From Pristiophorus japonicus (lineage: Eukaryota), in the NCBI RefSeq assembly GCF_044704955.1, contig NC_091981.1, forward strand, positions 103,602,001 through 103,666,000: 64,000 bases of DNA. The letters are read 5' to 3'. Position numbers and translations under genes: made by a program. Positions 51,701-64,000 of this stretch are shown one piece after another (the first letter of the stretch is position 1; each line of letters begins with the position of its first letter). Under the pieces are notes generated by a model, which had not been told where the DNA came from, searched no databases, and saw only the letters and a list, made by a program, of their open reading frames with translations.

Positions 51701-54700
51701 CTAGAACAATGAAATAACCCACGATTCAAGTAGCATATTTTGGCAAAAATGGGAAGGGTGGGTGCATATGTTTTTTTAAATTTTTGTGCCAAAGACAGAT
51801 TATTTTAATCACACTCCTCTAAGAAAAAATAGTGCAATATTAGTTAGCATATCGTAACTGCAAGCATTAAAATGAAGCAATAACAAAATATCAAATGAAG
51901 AGAAAATAATAAATGTTGTTTAAATTTGCTTTTGTGTATTGATTCTATGTGCATTTTGTTTAAAAGATTAGCTCCAAAGTGTCCATTTCTTCAAGCGAAC
52001 TACGACGTTGACAAATACAAATACATATATAGACGTAATTCATAATGCTATTATTACTATTATCTAATATGTTTTTAGAGAAGTACTGTGTTGCTAATAA
52101 TTACTTTTGCTTCCTTATTTTATGAAACGATCTGTCTCTGATAACAAAATAAAAGGCAAAAGGTTTATTTAGTGGGTTCATGTGTTTTTTCTCCCCATTC
52201 TGACTATAGTATGATGCAATGATATCAATGCAATCCTTCAGCTGTGTATTGCAATATCTTGCATTCAAGTAAACACCGCAGTTATTAATAAATCCATTCC
52301 CGGAAGACTTAAGGAGTCCTCTATTTCTACAAAGTCATGCTGCAGCTAAAACTTTATTGCTGAGAAATTCTTGGCAGACTATCTGGTAACAATTTGCGTC
52401 CTTACGTTGTTTTTTTTTGCCTGCTGAATATCTGTTAACTTCATAAATGGTGAGTACCAAAGGACATTATGCAAAACAAATACAAGTATTAAAATGTGAA
52501 TATGTTACAGCCCCTGAAACTCATATAAGTTTATTACTTTCTGTTTAAAAAAACCCTTCAAAGCACTGTTTAGATTGCAGAGGATTCTGTATGAAGTTCC
52601 ATGATAACTAATTAGATCGCTAAAAGTCAGATAGATACAGTAAATAGAATTGAAAAAGGAAACAAATCTGTAAAAGATTTATCCTGCTTCATTATTCTGT
52701 AATATGGAAATGATATATTAGATTACCATGTGCATGACGATATTATCACACATGCATTTCTATTTATTTTGCTCATAGTGATTTGTACTATAACGTATCG
52801 TGTTCATATACAAAAGAAGCAGCATTAATGCTTCCTCTTTTAAGATATTTTACTGCGCTAATAAACGCCAAATCAATTATCTGTTACTTTGCTCAGAATT
52901 AGGAAACCACAATGCTGCGGAGCCCCCTAAATTCGCTGAAAGGGGGTCCTGAACAGATTCATCACATAATATGCAGCTGCACAGGTTTACAAATAGGAAA
53001 CTGTTAAACTAACAGTACGTCCTGCCCTGGATTTGTTGAAGAAGCTCATTTGCAATGCTTAGGGAAAATTCTGTTGTGTCCAAAAGACAAACTAGCATAG
53101 ATTGCTATTGAAAAATGTGCTGTCCTTTCGGTGCCCTTAACACAGACGAAACGTAAGCACGTCGCATTCCAGATTTTATGGCGACCACCTCTTTATTTTA
53201 CTACTCACAGCTTCTTATTTGTTTTACATTTGTATTTTTTTTTCGCGATATGCTTCAGAGAATTGTTGGCGAAACCGAACAGTAGCTGATTTTTATTTTA
53301 GCCACTGATTAATGAGATGGCATGTTAAAGGGTAGGTACAGATATGATATGTGATAGCTCTGGATTAAGTGCCTCAAACAAAACTTTGGCAATAGTTTAA
53401 TGTAAGATAGAGCAAAGACCTCACATTTATAGTTAGACTGGCCAGTCAGATTTATAAATTGTAATAGAGATTTTGGCGGGGAAACTGATTCACTGCGATT
53501 TCAGCTTATATCCTCGGTTGTGACAGAAATTGAAGACTTTATTAATAACTTATGTTTGACCTATGGAACAGATGTGTTTTATACTGCATAGCATGTTTTT
53601 CTTTCGTGAAGAGACTTCTTGAGGAAACATTTGTAAAATGCACCCCGATAACTGCCGCCCCCCATAAAATTGCATAAGTTTGCATACACGTACGATGGCA
53701 GCCCCAATCATAGAAAAAGCTCTTCTGAAAGACAATTCCACACAGTTCTCTTCAGAAAGAATTGAACTCCTCTCTCACACACAGAGCTTGTTTACTAAAT
53801 GCAGAAACAAGAAAATCTCTACGTTTCGGGAATATATAACTCCCTTCTTGATGAAAGGTCAGGGATTCTGTATTTCTAGAAAAGAGCCCCATAACTACTT
53901 TATCTTTTCATCGGTTCCCACAGAAAGTCTTCATTGTGTTTACGTATATGATTATGCAGTTTAGATAAACATTTACATATTTAATCCTTTGAATATACAT
54001 TGTGTCCCCCGCCCCCTCCCCACCCCCCCCACCCTTTGGAGTCTCGGATTTTTAAACTGCACAGTTTTAGAGACTTCGACGAAATTTAAATATTTCAAAA
54101 GCACAAACCTTTGTGCAATTTGAAACGAAATAACACAATCACTAATATTTAGGAAAGTAATTACACGTAAATCAATTGTTAATCTTATAACTGATATGTA
54201 ATGCTAGTCTGAATGCCACCCTAGTACTGAGTGAAACTAAAGATTGTTTCGTCTTGTTATAAAAAAGTATTTAAGTGATTTGGACAGATGATATATTAAA
54301 CTGTCATATTTAAATGTAAACTAATACAGAGGAAATTACAACAGATTGACGCGATTGACATGGCCGATCCGGAACTGCTGTACTGATACAGGGGCCGATT
54401 TCCTTTATTTACTGTTGGATCTTTATAGCACATCGTAAAACGAACCTAATTGCAGTGGAATGTTTTGAGTAGAAATTCTGGATGGTAATTGCTTTCAACC
54501 GTGTTATCCCTTTAAACCGTGTGGTTGCCTGCTATCTCCACTTCCGATACTATAGGATTTGTCCATATAGAAAAACTTTGAATACCCATAGAAACTAGTC
54601 TTCCACATTTACTAAAATCTGCAGTTTTTGTTTAGAAGCACTAAATCTTCAAGCAGTCCTCCTTAAATTACACATGTATGCCTCCATATACACACTAGAC

Positions 54701-55859
54701 TTGCGGAAGCTTCAAAGAATGAAAAACGGTCATAAAGTTTATGGTTTGTCAGTCACAACTGTGGGAAACCTGCAATTCACCAAAATCAATGTTAGTGCTA
54801 CAACAGTCAGATTTAAAGTTACTGTAGTTCTTCCGCTGGCTGTATTTCAAATATTTTTTTTAATTCTCTAAATGTTTCAATCGCACCTATATCTCATTCC
54901 AGGTTGTTTGTATTTTTGTTTTGTTCTTCTTCATTAACATATTTATTTATAATACGTGTACTTTCATTCCTCAAGAGAATGATGATTGTCGCCATAAAAG
55001 TTTAAATTTAAAATAAGGAGGGGATTGTTTGGATGCGTGAGAGCATGCATGTGGTACATTGTGTGTACCTTAATCAGCTCGTGTGTGACGACAGAGATTC
55101 TGCTGTAACACTGAGAGTAATAGCAAGTTGTTAACACTTACACAATACTCATTAAAGTGTCAGTGCCCTACAACTTCCCAAAATGCATGACAATGAAGAC
55201 GTCTGAAAATATATACTTTGTAACAGTACCAACTGGAGACTTGTCACAATAGAAACATACCACTCCCCACAAGCAAAACACAAATAAGCAAATAAAATGG
55301 CACAACAGTTTGCGGGGAAAGCAACCGCAAAAAGGAATAAGAATGATTACCCCACAATATGAAGGTACTGAACAATACCAGTAAATTTTAATGAAAAATA
55401 ATTGAGTATCTTCTAAAAACATGTACCACATAAAATATTAAAAAATTAGAACCCATTCTTCCCTCTAAAAGTTATTTCCTTTTCTAATCTTACCCATTCA
55501 TTTTCTATCTGGTTTATAAAATAGAAGCTCCATGTGAACACAGAAAGAAACCAGTCAGTAGCTTACCCAGACACATTTCTGCCTCAGTGCACTCTGGGTG
55601 CTGCTTAAGGCCCATTTTACTGGGCCAAATTTCCTCGTGAAAAGTAAGTAACGATAATATTTCAACACAATTTACCTTGTCTTACAAGAAAATGCAACTT
55701 TCCTGTACACTGGAGTTGTGGAGCTGTGGATAGTCCTCTGAACAAGAAGATTAGCCATTTGAGTGGCCTGTCTGCACACGCAATCTGCAAAGGAGCCAAA
55801 TGAAGTGCAGCGTCAGTGAGATTATATGTTATGTAGAATATACTGTTGGTTGTCAACTC

Positions 55860-56040
55860 CCCAAAACCATAAAACTTACTTTAATGACACCACGTGATTT
55901 TTTATAGCCAGTGAGGCTATCAGTCTGCGCTATGGATGATTTTACGATCTAATTCCTAGACAAAACCCTATTCATTTGGCACCCAAATGTCATATAGCAG
56001 GAACTGAGGTGTATAAAAGTTTACTGTTTATAACTTTAAA
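55860..56040. promoter_or_regulatory. Conserved-looking element 3' of Hoxa5 with Cdx/Hox sites (mesodermal-enhancer-like position)
   Basis: Dense CCATAAAA, TTTATAG, TTTTACGA, TATAAAAG and CACGTG motifs ~1.5 kb 3' of the Hoxa5 stop. Confidence 0.55.
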
Positions 56041-56813
56041 GAGCAAGCATTCAGTAAGCAGAAAGGGTAAAAGTGCTGATCCCCCTTGCTGTCAGGAACT
56101 AAGAGGCGAATTTGCTGTCCTGCCTTCACGCGGTAAGTAAAGTTAACTCTATAAAGTGAAAAATACCTGTTGGAAAACGTTTACGCTACACTTTGGTAGA
56201 GGAGTTGAGAGAACGTGACTAACGCCTACCTGCGGAACAAAGTGGTCGAAGTGCTTCAGGGTTCACTTTTTCCTCAAACCAACACTATAGAGTTTCCGAG
56301 AAACACGTCTATAAAGGGGGGTTGTATAAGAAAGGCAACAGCAACAAAAAAGAAATTGGGTTTTAGCAGGAACTGTGCAATTTAGCAAACGGTATTGAAG
56401 TGCGCAACAAACAGGGCACATGGAATGGCACTGCAAGAGGCGAACGCATTTACTTCGAATTGCGTAAATATACCAAATTACAATATAACACCACGTTTAA
56501 CTATTGTTTGTACTAATCCTTACTGAATTCCACCATTTCCAATAAGCAGAGATTTAGAAATATATTTGTTGAACGTCCGATTTTATAAGTTTGCGCAACT
56601 TGATTGCCTGTCATAAATCCAAGCTGCAAGACACCCATCTGGAGGAATGGTGAAAAGTTGTACAGATTAGGCCAAACTTACTGCTTTCAGAGAGAGTTTG
56701 GAACTAAAACGATGATAAACGGAAATATTCGAAACTATTTAATTCACAAGACAACAGACGCAACAGAAATACTTATCTGGGAGGCCAAAGTCCAGGAAAG
56801 TTACTATAGAAAC

Positions 56814-56819
56814 TTTATT
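56814..56819 (-). terminator. Candidate Hoxa5 polyadenylation signal (AATAAA)
   Basis: AATAAA on the minus strand ~680 nt after the stop codon. Confidence 0.55.
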
Positions 56820-57494
56820 TTAACTTCCAGTCAGTTTTAAAAACAAATACAAAAGCTCATCACGAATTTCTTAAACTGCCAGTCTTTTAGGCTTTATATT
56901 TATCCTTTGTCACAAAAAACATACACTGACGCTGCGCTAAGAGCCACTTATTGGAGTTCGTGCAAAGTCATACAAAGGCACAGCATAGACATACAGTTCA
57001 AAGTCGCAATATCCTTCACAAAATTCACTGCTCACTAATAACACAGAATAGGTAGCATCTCAGTGATTTAACACTACGATATCAATTACAGAGGACGATG
57101 GTCTGAAATTAAATACGTATTGCAAGCTTGGAGCTATTTTGACATTTAGCATCACTAACACATACATACACTTTTTTTGCAGAGTGCAATACATAATTAC
57201 ATTTTTACTGGACGATTTTATACAGTTACTTCAAGTAACACCGCTTGTATTAATATAAATAAGTTAAAACAGCTATAATTCACAAGGCTATCCTACTCCT
57301 AGACAATATACTGTAAGCAGATTACTTGTACAGGCAACAGTACGACCAGAAAACAGACTAACGATTCAAAGATTGGAATACAGCAACATGGAAATGATTT
57401 TCTTCATAGAAGTAACACGGGAAAAGAGTTTTGGAAGTCAGTACTGTATTGACATTATGCTAATTGGTCAGCTACTGCCCAGTACTTTTATTGA

Positions 57495-57938
<444 letters not shown>

Positions 57939-58223
57939 TTAACTAGAACTAAATGTTAAAGTATCCACTGGGACGAAGCAGTCCCATAATCAACCACACC
58001 TTTTTCTATCTATCCATTCCTACTTACTCTTACATTACTGATACGCAACTAAACACTAAATACCCCATCACCCAAATGGTTCCAAAAATAATAGCAACTT
58101 AAAAATGATGACCCTTACAGAGATATTAAAAAACATTAGCGTGTATATTTAGCGCTTTGATTTACAACATCCAGGGTAATTTAGGACTCCACTATTGCAA
58201 AGATAAGAGAGGAGGGATTTTAC

Positions 58224-58554
58224 CGTGACTTATGTGCAATTTTCGCATCCAGGGGTAAATCTGAGGCTGCTGTTGTGCTGTGCTTTGCCCGTTCTGTGAA
58301 CTTGGAGGGTCGCTGCTTGCCGGGGTGTCATCCTCAGTACCAGGCGACGTGCCAACCCCATCTCTACTGATGTGACTGCTGCTGCTGGAATTTGAGGAGG
58401 TAGTTGGGCTTGCTATGGAGTTTTTGATTCCATGGTGGTTGTCGCTGGCAGGCGGACTGACCACGGCGGAGCAGGGCAGAGGGTCAGGTGAAGGAGACTG
58501 AGTGGATGTGGCAGGTTGGTTGTACCTGGTGTCTGCTCCTGCTTCTGGTCCTGC

Positions 58555-58587
<33 letters not shown>

Positions 58588-58809
58588 AGAGTAGCTTCGA
58601 GATCTTTCACTGGCATTAAAGTGGTTAGATGCTGGACGACTAATGCTGAGATCCATCCCATTGTAACCGTAGCCGTACCTGCTGGAATGCATCGTTGCAG
58701 AATCCCTGTATTGCTCGCTCACCGAGCTATGATCTCCATAATTATGTAACTGGTAGTCCGGGCCATTTGGATAGCGACCGCAGAATGAGTTTACAAAGTA
58801 AGAGCTCAT
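58224..58809 (-). CDS. HOXA5: Homeobox protein Hox-A5, exon 1
   Basis: [29 protein letters not shown] and [13 protein letters not shown]. Donor G|GTAAAA at 58223. Confidence 0.97.
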
Positions 58810-58854
58810 TTGATTTTTTTTATTTATTTATTTTTTACTTGATTTGTGGCTCTT

Positions 58855-59025
58855 GGTCGTTTGTGCGTCTAGCACCCTGCACAATTTATGATGAATTATG
58901 GAAATGACTGGGACATGTACTTCGTTCCCTCCTACGTAGGCGCCCAAATATGGGGTACGATTTGGAATCACGTGCTTTTGTTGTCCAGTCGTAAATTCTC
59001 GCTGATGACCTCTAGAGGTAAATCC
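58855..59025 (-). promoter_or_regulatory. Highly conserved Hoxa5 promoter/5' leader block
   Basis: gcacaatttatgatgaattatggaaatgactgggacatgtac...cctacgtagg..cccaaatatggggtacga...aatcacgtgcttttgttgtccagtcgtaaa...gatgacctctagaggtaaa is recognisable as the ultraconserved HOXA5 upstream region (from recall). Confidence 0.75.
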
Positions 59026-59128
59026 GTGCACTGTGACTGCAAATTGGAAGGTTGCGTGGAAGGAAGAATGAGGGGTACGCGCACGGAGGCGCGCCACCGG
59101 CTCCCAGTCGTAGCTTTGGGTTGTCCTT

Positions 59129-59150
59129 GCGCGCCACCCTCTGGAGACTG
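59129..59150 (-). promoter_or_regulatory. Probable CTCF binding site between Hoxa5 and Hoxa6 (5|6 boundary)
   Basis: Minus strand CAGTCT CCAGAGGGTGGCGC, 11/14 identical to CCACCAGGTGGCGC, at the position of the known mammalian 5|6 site. Confidence 0.7.
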
Positions 59151-60844
59151 AGGCTATGGATCCTGTGGTTCTGATCAACGGGGCAATCGGCCTCGGGTCG
59201 AATTAAGGCTACCACACATTTCAAACGTAACCGTTACATTTCGTAGAATAAACCACATAAACCAGTGAGAAGGGCATCTTTCAAAAAAAAAAGATCCACG
59301 CAAGGTGACGGTACATTTGTTCAATCCCCAAGCGCAGATTTTTTTAATGTGCTAGCGCTGATAGTGTTACAAATAGGACTCGAGGTTTTCTTGTAACTGG
59401 TTTGTTTTGAATTTTAAACAAATCAGATTTAATTTTAGTTATTATGCGTTTAGTGTTTTTTCTTACGCCTGGGCTGTCATCGCTGATTAGTTCAGGGGGG
59501 GGAACGGTATCGTACAGCATCAAAATACCAATTATTTTCATATGTTACGCTTTTTAAAATTCTGTTTTGTCCGTACAGCTCATAATATTGGAGTTATTTT
59601 TGCGTATTTGTGGAAATTTCGAAGGTATCGCACACTTAAACTATCAAACCAATCTTCGTGTTCTTAAAAATCATGTCACGTATATTGAAAATGCATTTAA
59701 ATCGTTCCAATTTACTTTATTACACAGTACATGTTAAACCAGAACCCCTTTCCGACTGGTAAATAAACGTCGCCTTGTGCCTAATTTACATGGAAACAAT
59801 TTATTTGCACATAGTTTTGTGTTGGTTCGATTAGGAAGAAAGGCAATAGTGTATCCAACAAAAGAGAGCCCACTTTACAAATAGTCATTCGCCTAATCAA
59901 AACAAGAGCTTTGTGTTGGATACTGTTTCTAGGAATGCTATAGTAAATATTATGAAGAATGCTTCATAATTTAACCGCGGGTCCAACTACGTCTTTAATT
60001 GTGCAGTTAGTGAAAATTGCCGTATTTAATGGACCCAGAAACCAAATAGTCATTCCTACCACGTATACTGTCTATTTTCTTCTCTGAAACAAGGACATCT
60101 ACCGATCAATTTCACAGTGCTAAGTTTCCTTTCACAGCTTATTTAATACAAAAAAAGTTTCGGCAGCTTTAGTTGAAGGCTAAACGCTTGAATATCGGGC
60201 AGCTTATTTATATATATATTACTGTATATATTTATAATATATATTTAAGAAAATTTTATTCGCGAAATTTCAGTTTAAGAGCGATAGCGTTGCCAGCCTA
60301 GCTTTATTTATAGTACGAATGTCAAGTCAAAAGCAAATATAAATGTTTTTCTTTGTAGAGAAAGCATGGCACAAGCTGATTGAACACTGTGTCCTCTTAA
60401 TTAGCCCAAAACAAAAAGAAATATTGAGGTAAAATATGGACTTATACAATACAATATTTATCATTAGCAAATGGGCATATCTACTGCGTACATTTATTTG
60501 AAGAGTGTCAAATTATATCTGCGAAGAAAACTATCCATTGAAACAATTGGGGTATTATTTGTAGACAAACTCATCACATAGTAACGCCTATAGAAGCAGA
60601 AACATTCACACGTCGCATTTATAAAACAATTAATCCTATACCGTATAATGCTAGCATCCTATGGAATGCAGAATTATTTGAATACTTCCTCTACCACTTA
60701 TACATAGACATAAGCTCAAAAAGAGGGACAACGAAAACAAACAGAAATACGAATATTTTTTTCTGTACTGTTTAGCAGAATGAGCACATAATAACTCACT
60801 ACCAAACAGAAAGGCCCAGGCTAACTTCTTTTGAATTCGAGCTC

Positions 60845-61186
<342 letters not shown>

Positions 61187-61307
61187 TCAAATAATTGTGC
61201 TGCGTTTAACATAGTAATTAACATATTCATGCACTCTTTACGTAAAGTTGGAACTAAGTGCTGCAGTTAAAGTTTTTTTCTTATTATTTTCGACAAAAAA
61301 TACTCAC

Positions 61308-61737
61308 TAGAACTTGAATTCATTCGTTGCATCCAAGGATAAATTGGAGTACTGTACTTCCGGTCGTTTCCTTCTTCACTTAAAAATTTGTTTTGCGCAC
61401 AATCTGTTTTGTAATGTTGGTCTGAGGGAAAAAAGTCATCCTGGGCTCTATGCTTTCCACTACTGGATGGCGAAACACTGGTTAGATCCTTTTCAGTATA
61501 GAAACAAGAAGCTCCATACTCATACGATGCACGATTACAAGCTATTACTGAGTTGGATTGTTGATAATAACAAGGTGACGAGTAACTCTTGTCCTGGAGG
61601 GTCGTTGCCCCATAGGAAGCTGGAAAGTGCCTTAGAGCATCATACCCCGCTGTATAGAGTGGGATCTGTCCGAGGAAGGAGTCCTGGCCACTGGGCAGTG
61701 AAACAGGGAAAGTAGGGTTCACGAAATACGAACTCAT
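61308..61737 (-). CDS. HOXA6: Homeobox protein Hox-A6, exon 1
   Basis: [28 protein letters not shown] and [14 protein letters not shown] at 61737; donor A|GTGAGT at 61307; 203-bp intron. Confidence 0.96.
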
Positions 61738-61864
61738 TTGCTCCACACTCTGTAGTAATATGATTTGTTATGTATTAGTACACAATGTGGTTTAGCTATT
61801 AGTAGTCATCGAGGTGGTTTGTTTCAGGATGGCCGAGCGCCAAAGCGACAGCAGCAAATATAAC

Positions 61865-61887
61865 CAGCTGATCAGTCTCTGGCCAAT
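61865..61887 (-). promoter_or_regulatory. Hoxa6 proximal promoter E-box/CCAAT module
   Basis: CAGCTG (61865-70), 12-bp spacer, CCAAT (61883-87). Confidence 0.5.
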
Positions 61888-64000
61888 AGAAACCGACTTT
61901 GGTTCAAAAAACTCCCTGGAGATCCGGCGACTCTGCTAGCAAAGTTACAAACAACCAAATCAGTTCTGAACTATAACAGAGGTGGTTCTAATAGAATATT
62001 AGTGGCCCAATAAGAACACTATTATGTTGCAGGGTATAGTTATGCATACACATTTTAAAAAGCCCCACATATGGAAATGTGACTGTGCATTATGTATCCA
62101 ACAATAGCTGGATCAACAGTGATTAGAAGATAGATGATAGAAAATGGACGATAATAAGAAATAAATCAACAAATCATTAGTTCAGTAGATGTGCGTTATA
62201 GGTAGATGCACAGGGTAGCTTAGACAGGTAAGTAACAGTTGCAAGAATAGATTAATTCTATTAATTCTGCTCTCTATTTGGATCATGCAGACACATGATT
62301 CCTTTTGTTAGCTTGCGTGGACTAGTTTGAGAAACATCAGACATCAGTCTCTCCATAATATGTTTCTCTGTCCATTTTAAACTCGGTAAAGAACAATAGC
62401 GTCTATAAACACTGAAACCCACAAGACCAAATATCCCTGCATTCAGCATTCAGTAAGTTAATACTGGTAAAATAAATAGAAAGAACGTGGTGATAAGAGT
62501 ATATATTCAGGAAGATGATTTATAGATTTAATTTTGATATTTTTATAAAGAAAATCCCAACACAAGAGCGCAACGCGATATCTTAGCTTTAAAAGATTTC
62601 ACAGTAATTGTGTGTGGTAGTAATTGTTATTGCACCAGCGCTCTTCATTAAAGCATGCATGCATATACATGTGCATTTAGTATACAAATGTCACAGTACT
62701 TCTAGAGAAAAGTATTTAACCAACGTTCACGAGGTTTCTTCAAACGCCCAAGCGACCTGCAAACATACAGAAGCTCAATGTTATACTTGATAAGCCAGTA
62801 TATGGGCTCCCTTCCATCAGAATGTTGTTTTTAATTGCATGCGATTGAAATTCGCTAATATTCCCCAAATCCCAACTTCGATTTTCCATAATTGCACCCT
62901 GTTAAGATTTTATCGACCATAAAATAGTGGAGTGTTTCTTTTGGAATAATTAGGCATTTTTGAACATCTCGATGGAGACATTTGTGTTTTGGAATAACAG
63001 AGCATTTACTGCGCCCTGAGCGCGGCATCAGATCGCAGTGAAAGAACGGAAGCTCAGGGCTCCTTGCTAAAGGTCTCATTATCTCGTTAGGTTTCCTTTC
63101 CTGTCAACAATTGTTACATCACATAATGAAATATCTAGAGTACTGTAAACAATATATATATATGACGAGTATTTTTATACATTTTAAATAGGGCAAATAT
63201 TTAAGCACTGTAGTAAATATTCTTATAGCACCTATAACTGAACTAGAAACATACCAATTATAGGACAATGCTTGCAAGTTAAGGCTAAATGATAAACGCG
63301 GTTGTTTAGTAGTCGGATAATTTAACATTTTTGAATGCTAAAAATGTCTATTTGGGATGGATGCTCTTTCATTGATTACAAGTTGTTAAAATACCACGAG
63401 TAGGTTAATTTTCAGTCTTAAAAGCTTATACCTGTCTTTCTTTCCTAATTATAGACTGACTAAAAAAATACCAACCCGAAAGCCGGCCGAAATCAAAAGC
63501 TATGTCTTTTCGAGGTGTGAGTATAAATGCAGCACAACTATGGAGGAAAATGTGCAAGAACACGTCAGTTCGAACCCTCTTAATGAAAGGCCGACGCTTG
63601 CCGCTTTCCTCAGTTACTGTCCTACAGCCTTTTACTATGTTGTGTAATTTGTGCTTGTTCTTCCTATTGTACATAACATTTTAATAAATGCGAAGTTTTC
63701 TCATCAACGTTGATCTGTTCTGTTTATGAGTTGCTTTACGTCTTATTTTAAGTTTTCGTTTATTCGTGACATTCATTACACAACCCTGAGGGTTTGATTT
63801 TGAAGCCCCCACAATGGCTGTACGCTTATAACGGGGACTCTTCACAAGTTGGTGTGGTGCAAATGAGCGAAATACAGATGATATTAAAAGATGAACAAAA
63901 GGGCACTGTGTAACGCACAGCTATTATTTTCCAATTAGGTGAAACGGCTAATAACCACTTCACAACTGCTGCTGCACATGTCTTAGGAAAACTGGATAAA

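Noticed and set aside
46000-55000. Intact miR-10 gene
   Set aside because: No full mature miR-10 sequence was found on either strand; only the degenerate candidate at 47481-47522.
58413-58749. Poly-Gln and poly-Cys ORFs overlapping Hoxa5 exon 1
   Set aside because: Alternative-frame readings of the GCA repeat.

Overview
This is eukaryotic DNA: the anterior (3') half of a vertebrate HoxA cluster on the minus strand. It contains six intact two-exon genes, Hoxa1 to Hoxa6, each with a phase-1 GT-AG intron between the hexapeptide exon and the homeobox exon. An intact Hoxa6, the protein sequences and the flanking repeat types suggest a cartilaginous fish (shark); this is inference. Transposon fragments crowd the first ~4 kb and are almost absent afterwards. 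Recognisable non-coding features include four DR5 retinoic-acid response elements, Hoxa2 hindbrain/crest enhancer motifs, the Hox4 intronic element, a probable CTCF 5|6 boundary site and microRNA seed sites in 3'UTRs. The most interesting patterns are: (1) an E-box + 10-12 bp + CCAAT module in the same orientation upstream of all six genes, plus an orphan copy; (2) uORFs in the leaders, including a stop/start TAATG overlap at Hoxa4; (3) a chain of non-coding exons predicting a long Hoxa3 transcript that skips Hoxa4; (4) candidate antisense lncRNA first exons at HOTAIRM1-like and HOXA-AS3-like positions; (5) a possible decayed miR-10 relic. There is one 133-nt assembly gap. No prokaryotic-type systems are present. 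Comparisons with mammalian elements are from recall and were not aligned.
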